This document shows, piece by piece, positions 16,382 through 20,751 of a DNA stretch of 20,751 bases. Made by a program: the position numbers and the translations under genes. Numbering within the stretch: the stretch's first letter is position 1; every line of letters begins with the position of its first letter. Source of the stretch: Coprothermobacterota bacterium (GTDB lineage Bacteria; Coprothermobacterota; HKB111). The notes under the pieces were generated by a model. That model was not told the origin of the DNA. It ran no database searches and was given only the letters and a program-made list of their open reading frames with translations. The stretch covers positions 40,068 through 60,818 of the forward strand of contig JBBIUB010000004.1 of assembly GCA_037440465.1 (NCBI GenBank), read 5' to 3'.

Positions 16382-17329
16382 ATAGAAAGAGAAATCCTGA
16401 TTAGTAATCCCGAAAGTCTCAAAAAGCTTGTTGGAGTAGGTGATGTTACTTTAAGGCTTTTTGAGCGTTTATCTAATGTCAAAATTATTGCTGAACAGGA
16501 TAGAATCTTCCTCCTCGGTGAAGAAGAAGAAATAACAAGAGTTGAAGAGTTGCTCCACCAAGCACTGAAGGTCGTTGAAGATGGAGGTACATTTGGTGAG
16601 AGAGAAGTGGAGTACTTCCTTAAAGAAAAGGGTGCTGACCCCTCAATTATTCTTAGAGATGTTATACTCACAACACCACGAGGAAAATCAATCACTCCCC
16701 GTACTGAAGGACAGAGGAGATATGCCGATGCGATGCGTAAAACTGATCTTACTCTGGCAATAGGTCCTGCTGGTACCGGGAAGACTTACCTGGCTGTTGC
16801 AGTGGGAGTCCGTCTTCTAAAAGAAAAGTTGATAACCAGGGTCATTCTGGTAAGACCTGTGCTGGAAGCAGGAGAGAAATTAGGTTTCCTTCCCGGAGAT
16901 ATTTTACAAAAAGTTGACCCTTATTTCCGCCCAATTTATGATGCACTCTATGATATGGTGGAAAGTGACCAAGTACAACGCTATTTTGACAGGGGTATCA
17001 TTGAAGTTGCTCCTCTGGCTTACATGAGAGGAAGAACCTTTAACGACTCCTTCGTTATTCTTGATGAAGCCCAGAATACCACCTCTGAACAGATGAAGAT
17101 GTTTCTTACCCGTATGGGTTTTGGTTCAAAATTCGTGGTAACAGGAGATGTCACACAGGTTGACCTCCCTAAAGGTGTTTTCTCTGGCTTGGTGCAGGCA
17201 GCTCAGATACTACACAAAATACCGGGTATTGAAATAGTTCAGCTTACTGAGAGAGATGTGGTAAGACACACTCTGGTACAAAAAATCATAAAATCCTACG
17301 AGTTATATGAAAAAGGTGAACTTAAATAA
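16382..17329 (+). CDS. phoH: PhoH-family ATPase (YbeZ-like); start extended upstream of the track's TTG at 16550
   Basis: GPAGTGKT Walker A, RPVLEAGEKLGFLPGD, APLAYMRGRT, ILDEAQN and GDVTQVDLP. The 56 in-frame codons at 16382-16549 encode a typical PhoH N-terminal domain (LVGVGDVTLRLFERLSNVKII), and ATA 16382 lies 7 nt after AAGGAG. Confidence 0.92.
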   Translation: MEREILISNPESLKKLVGVGDVTLRLFERLSNVKIIAEQDRIFLLGEEEEITRVEELLHQALKVVEDGGTFGEREVEYFLKEKGADPSIILRDVILTTPRGKSITPRTEGQRRYADAMRKTDLTLAIGPAGTGKTYLAVAVGVRLLKEKLITRVILVRPVLEAGEKLGFLPGDILQKVDPYFRPIYDALYDMVESDQVQRYFDRGIIEVAPLAYMRGRTFNDSFVILDEAQNTTSEQMKMFLTRMGFGSKFVVTGDVTQVDLPKGVFSGLVQAAQILHKIPGIEIVQLTERDVVRHTLVQKIIKSYELYEKGELK

Positions 17330-19334
17330 CTTCAGAGAATATCTGAAACCAACCATTCTAATAGCGGGATGGTTGTTGATGGTTGTATTTTTTAATTTCT
17401 ACCCGGTTATGGGCTTGAAGGTGGGTGAAAAGAGTCCTGCTACCTATACCGCACCCCGAACCGCTTTTTATATAGATAAAGCGAGAACTGAGGAGCTAAA
17501 AAAATTAGCTGAAAATATGGTACTTCCTGTGTACTCTTTAAACCATTCAAAAACCTTAGAAATACTATCTACCCTAAGCGCCAACCTTGAACTCATTTCC
17601 CAGGTAAGAGATCAGGAAATTACTCTGGAGGAAAAGAAAGACCTCCTATCAAAGTATGTTTCTATCTTAAATGATTATGAAACAACCCATCTATTAAACC
17701 TTCGTGAGGGAGCCTTCAAAGCCTTTTCTCTTACTACTCACCTCCTTCTTAAACAAGTTCTGGAAGACGGGGTTAAGCTGGAGGCAGTGGAACATATAGG
17801 TGAGACTGTAAGAAGTGCCGCAATTCACAAGGAAATTCCTATAGAAGAAGCAGATATTATGATGAAGTTAGCTTCCTTTCTTATTAGAGAACCTAATATG
17901 GTTCAAAACGAAGTCGCTACTGAGCAAAGACGCATAGAAGCTCGAGAAGCTGTGACTGATGTTAAAAACATCATCTACAGGGGAGAGGTAATTCTGAAAG
18001 TCGGAGAAATTGTTACAGAACAACATCAGGAGCTTCTAATAGCTTTAGGGCTTATTAGAAAACCCAGAGGACTGCTGGATAGCCCTTATATTTTCATACT
18101 TTACCTGACACTATTGGGTGGTGGCTACTGGAAATTATCCAAACGAGATACCCTATTAAAAGGAAGGCCTCTTAACGATTGGGTTATAATATCTCTGAGT
18201 CTTCTTGTTATCTTTTTTTCTTATCTCATAAAACAAACACCATTTGAATACCACATGCTACCTCTTCTTTCTGCAGCAGTCCTTATAAGCATAGCCACTG
18301 ACCATAATACTGGGTTTCTGTTCCTGCTGGCTAACCTTGGCGTTCTTTTACTGATTTTTCCTTTAAAAGGAGTAGAGCTGGGATTAACTATAGTTGGTTT
18401 GAGCTCAGGGTTAATATTTTTAGGAAAATCGCGCCATAGAGCAGAACTGGTATTTTTAGCCTTTATAACATTTTTCTCCATTTTCTTTCTATTCCTTCCC
18501 TACAAATTATACGAAGGATTTACTCTTATCTATTCAGCACAATCCTCTTTAACTATGGCTATAAGTGCGGGAAGTGCTTACTTAATAGCCTTATTATTCC
18601 TTCCTTTTTTGGAAAGGTATCTGAAAATCCTCACTCCCTTCAGGCTTCTGGAATTGGCAGACTCTGACCAACCTCTCTTAAAAAGGCTACTCATGGAAGC
18701 TCCGGGAACCTATCATCATTCTCAAGTTGTAGCTACCCTGAGTGAACACACAGCCTCAAGTATTAACAGTGATAGCCTTTTATGTAAAGTTGGTGGTTTA
18801 TATCACGACATTGGTAAAATTAGCCATCCTCTATTTTATAGTGAGAATCAATTTTCCAGTGAAAGCATACATAATAAAATCTCTCCTGCTTTAAGCGCCA
18901 AAGTCATTACTACACATCCTCAGGTAGGCGTTGAAATAGGGAATAAAGTAAACCTTCCTCCTCAGGTTCTGAATATTATTGCTTCTCATCACGGTACTTT
19001 TCTCGCAAACTATTTTTTTACTGAGGCTTCCCTAAGAGAAACAAACCCCAAAGAAGAAATTTATAGATACCCTGGTCCCAAACCATCCAGTAAAGAAGCA
19101 GTTATCATTATGCTGGCTGATGCCTGTGAAGCAACTATCAGATCGCTATCCGAAATAAATCCAACTAAAGTTAAGGAAGTGATTGAAAACCTTATAAAGG
19201 AAAGAATAGAAGACGGTCAACTGGATGAATCTCTTATCTCTTCTAAAGACCTTAAAATCGTTAAGGAAACTCTTATAGATAATCTACTTACCCTGTATCA
19301 TGGTAGGTTAGATTATGGACAATATAATCCATGA
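17307..19334 (+). CDS. 7TM-HD membrane phosphohydrolase (PgpH/YqfF-like; probable c-di-AMP phosphodiesterase)
   Basis: N-terminal TM, a large extracellular domain, a multi-TM block, then an HD domain with EAPGTYHHS, YHDIGK, SHHGT, YRYPGPKP and IMLADACEA; conserved phoH-pgpH-ybeY-dgkA gene order. Confidence 0.9.
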   Translation: MKKVNLNNFREYLKPTILIAGWLLMVVFFNFYPVMGLKVGEKSPATYTAPRTAFYIDKARTEELKKLAENMVLPVYSLNHSKTLEILSTLSANLELISQVRDQEITLEEKKDLLSKYVSILNDYETTHLLNLREGAFKAFSLTTHLLLKQVLEDGVKLEAVEHIGETVRSAAIHKEIPIEEADIMMKLASFLIREPNMVQNEVATEQRRIEAREAVTDVKNIIYRGEVILKVGEIVTEQHQELLIALGLIRKPRGLLDSPYIFILYLTLLGGGYWKLSKRDTLLKGRPLNDWVIISLSLLVIFFSYLIKQTPFEYHMLPLLSAAVLISIATDHNTGFLFLLANLGVLLLIFPLKGVELGLTIVGLSSGLIFLGKSRHRAELVFLAFITFFSIFFLFLPYKLYEGFTLIYSAQSSLTMAISAGSAYLIALLFLPFLERYLKILTPFRLLELADSDQPLLKRLLMEAPGTYHHSQVVATLSEHTASSINSDSLLCKVGGLYHDIGKISHPLFYSENQFSSESIHNKISPALSAKVITTHPQVGVEIGNKVNLPPQVLNIIASHHGTFLANYFFTEASLRETNPKEEIYRYPGPKPSSKEAVIIMLADACEATIRSLSEINPTKVKEVIENLIKERIEDGQLDESLISSKDLKIVKETLIDNLLTLYHGRLDYGQYNP

Positions 19335-19855
19335 TTTCTTTAAGATGGGATAAAAGACCTAAAGATGTAAGATCAAGACTTCTAAAGCACGCATCTATGC
19401 TTGCTTTGCTGGATTCAAATATTAATTCCGAGCTTGTGGAGGTTAGTATTTACTTTACAGATGATGAAACTATTGCTACTCTTAATGAGAAATTCAGAGG
19501 AGAGAAAGGCCCCACTGATATACTATCTTTTCCATATAATCCCCCCGTTCGCTCCTCCCCAAGAAAGCCTTATTTCATAGGGGAAATTATTATCTCTATC
19601 CCCACTGCTAAAAGACAGGCCAAAGAGTGTAACAGGAGTCTGGAAGATGAGATTGGTTTTCTCGTTATTCACGGTGTTCTTCACATTGGTGGATATGAAG
19701 ATGAAACCGAAGAAGGGTATAATTTTATGATAAGTAAAGGAGAAAAGATTTGGTCAGAGGTAAAAGAAGCTTACTACAATCATTTAGATTCGCTTTCCAG
19801 GGGTTCAAAGAAGCCTTATGGGAAGGAAAAAACCTCAGAATTCAGGTTTCATTAG
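19331..19855 (+). CDS. ybeY: rRNA maturation endoribonuclease YbeY
   Basis: LNEKFRG..GPTDILSFP, IGEIIIS and IHGVLHIGGYED motifs; ATGA coupling with the upstream gene. Confidence 0.92.
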   Translation: MISLRWDKRPKDVRSRLLKHASMLALLDSNINSELVEVSIYFTDDETIATLNEKFRGEKGPTDILSFPYNPPVRSSPRKPYFIGEIIISIPTAKRQAKECNRSLEDEIGFLVIHGVLHIGGYEDETEEGYNFMISKGEKIWSEVKEAYYNHLDSLSRGSKKPYGKEKTSEFRFH

Positions 19856-20133
19856 GTATATTCGCACTTTTATTTGCTTATTTTTTTGGTTTTCCACCAG
19901 TAGAGTGGGCAATTCTACTTTTATTAATAGGTTGCGTGGTTTCTCTGGAGCTTATAAACACAGCTCTTGAGAAAACTCTGGATGTGGTAGATTCCAATAC
20001 TAACCACACGATAAAAATGGCAAAAGATATAGCAGCAGCAGCCGTTTTAGTTATGGCACTGGTGGCTTTTTTGATAGGGTTGGTATTCTTCCTCCCCCGA
20101 ATTTACACGCTCCTTAAGCACTTACCCTTTTAA
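19750..20133 (+). CDS. dgkA: Diacylglycerol/undecaprenol kinase (DgkA family)
   Basis: SFRFAFQG, ELINTALE and AKDIAAAAVL motifs with three hydrophobic helices; TTG start 7 nt after AAGGAG. Confidence 0.9.
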   Translation: MVRGKRSLLQSFRFAFQGFKEALWEGKNLRIQVSLGIFALLFAYFFGFPPVEWAILLLLIGCVVSLELINTALEKTLDVVDSNTNHTIKMAKDIAAAAVLVMALVAFLIGLVFFLPRIYTLLKHLPF

Positions 20134-20134
20134 T

Positions 20135-20193
20135 ACACCCCCACCCTCTACTGATCTATGACATATGACGAGTGACAGGTGGTAAGTTGAGGA
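20135..20193. repeat. Dispersed intergenic repeat copy 2 (homologous to 12071-12152)
   Basis: ACACCCCCACC head shared with copy 1, plus core CTGATCTATGACATATGACGAGTGACAGGTGGTAAGTTGAGGA, 34/43 identical to copy 1. Confidence 0.7.
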
Positions 20194-20289
20194 ATCTCTC
20201 TTTGTTACTCTCCTATTATACTACTAATAATTCACGTTGCTATGGATATGCCTCACCTTCAAAAATTGACCCCACCCGATAATACATTA

Positions 20290-20751
20290 CTACTTAACAG
20301 CGTTATAGGCGTTGACTCTCTTTATATTAAATGTTAACCACATTGTTCCAGCTGCATCAGCAGTTGATTCTATACGACTTCGCACTTCTGTATTACTGGT
20401 GCCGTAAGAAGTAGCCCAGACCAACCCTGCCACACCAGCCACAAAGGGAGAAGCCATGGAAGTACCGCTCAAGGAGCCGTAGTTTCTAGTTATAATCCGG
20501 TTTCTGTGATTAGGCAAGGTGGAGAAAATGCTTACTCCAGGAGCAGCTATATCCACCCAGTTTCCGTAGTTAGAGAATGAGGCCTTAGCGTCGTTTGAAT
20601 CAGTAGCAGCTACGGCTAGGCAGTTATTATAGTAAGCAGGGTAGGAAGGGGAGCTGGTGTTATCATTTCCAGCTGCTGCCACCAGAACTACCCCTTTATT
20701 CCAAGCATAATTAACAGCATCTTCCAGGGTGGTGGAGCTTGAGCTTCCACC
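20290..20751 (-). CDS. S8 subtilisin-family serine protease (thermitase-like), C-terminal part; 5' end lies outside the window
   Basis: Frame is open to the window end: DAVNYAWNKGVVLVAAAGN (oxyanion Asn), YPA, ASFSNYG, DIAAPG and SGTSMASPFVAG (catalytic Ser). Confidence 0.94.
   Translation of the reverse strand, partial: GGSSSSTTLEDAVNYAWNKGVVLVAAAGNDNTSSPSYPAYYNNCLAVAATDSNDAKASFSNYGNWVDIAAPGVSIFSTLPNHRNRIITRNYGSLSGTSMASPFVAGVAGLVWATSYGTSNTEVRSRIESTADAAGTMWLTFNIKRVNAYNAVK

Noticed and set aside
731..18481. Short antisense or alternate-frame ORFs in the track (e.g. 731-1012, 1002-1340, 5555-5833, 5837-6142, 13719-14177, 16357-16695, 18221-18481)
   Set aside because: They overlap well-supported conserved genes, show no recognisable motifs and are best explained as shadow ORFs.
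4044..19334. A dedicated second-messenger island (HD-GYP, MazG, 7TM-HD)
   Set aside because: The genes lie in separate transcription units with their own usual contexts; co-location is likely incidental.

Overview
Chromosomal, mostly housekeeping window from an AT-rich, probably anaerobic bacterium; no transposase, integrase, prophage or CRISPR array was seen. In order: (1) a 22-bp direct repeat at the window edge, then osmC-family-porC-porD-porA-porB (four-subunit pyruvate/2-oxoacid:ferredoxin oxidoreductase); (2) a 526-bp intergenic region with a degenerate REP-like hairpin element, then a 1142-aa five-PAS + GAF + HD-GYP phosphodiesterase; (3) a minus-strand unit of tRNA-Pro(GGG), class-III aminotransferase, SRPBCC/START protein, FAD/Fe-S oxidoreductase and archaeal-type phosphoglycerate mutase; (4) a LapA-like membrane protein, mazG, eno, an ECF sigma factor and a zinc-finger anti-sigma; (5) phoH-pgpH-like 7TM-HD-ybeY-dgkA; (6) the 3' end of a convergent subtilisin-like protease. 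The most interesting points are the coupled aminotransferase/SRPBCC/flavoprotein/ApgM operon of unknown pathway; two genes (phoH, mazG) whose frames extend upstream with no ATG/GTG/TTG but with an ATA 7 nt behind an SD-like motif; a possible -1 frameshift fusion of the LapA-like gene to mazG; an ECF-type promoter at the end of the sigma gene predicting a leaderless anti-sigma mRNA; and a dispersed intergenic repeat with 7-nt periodicity present twice.
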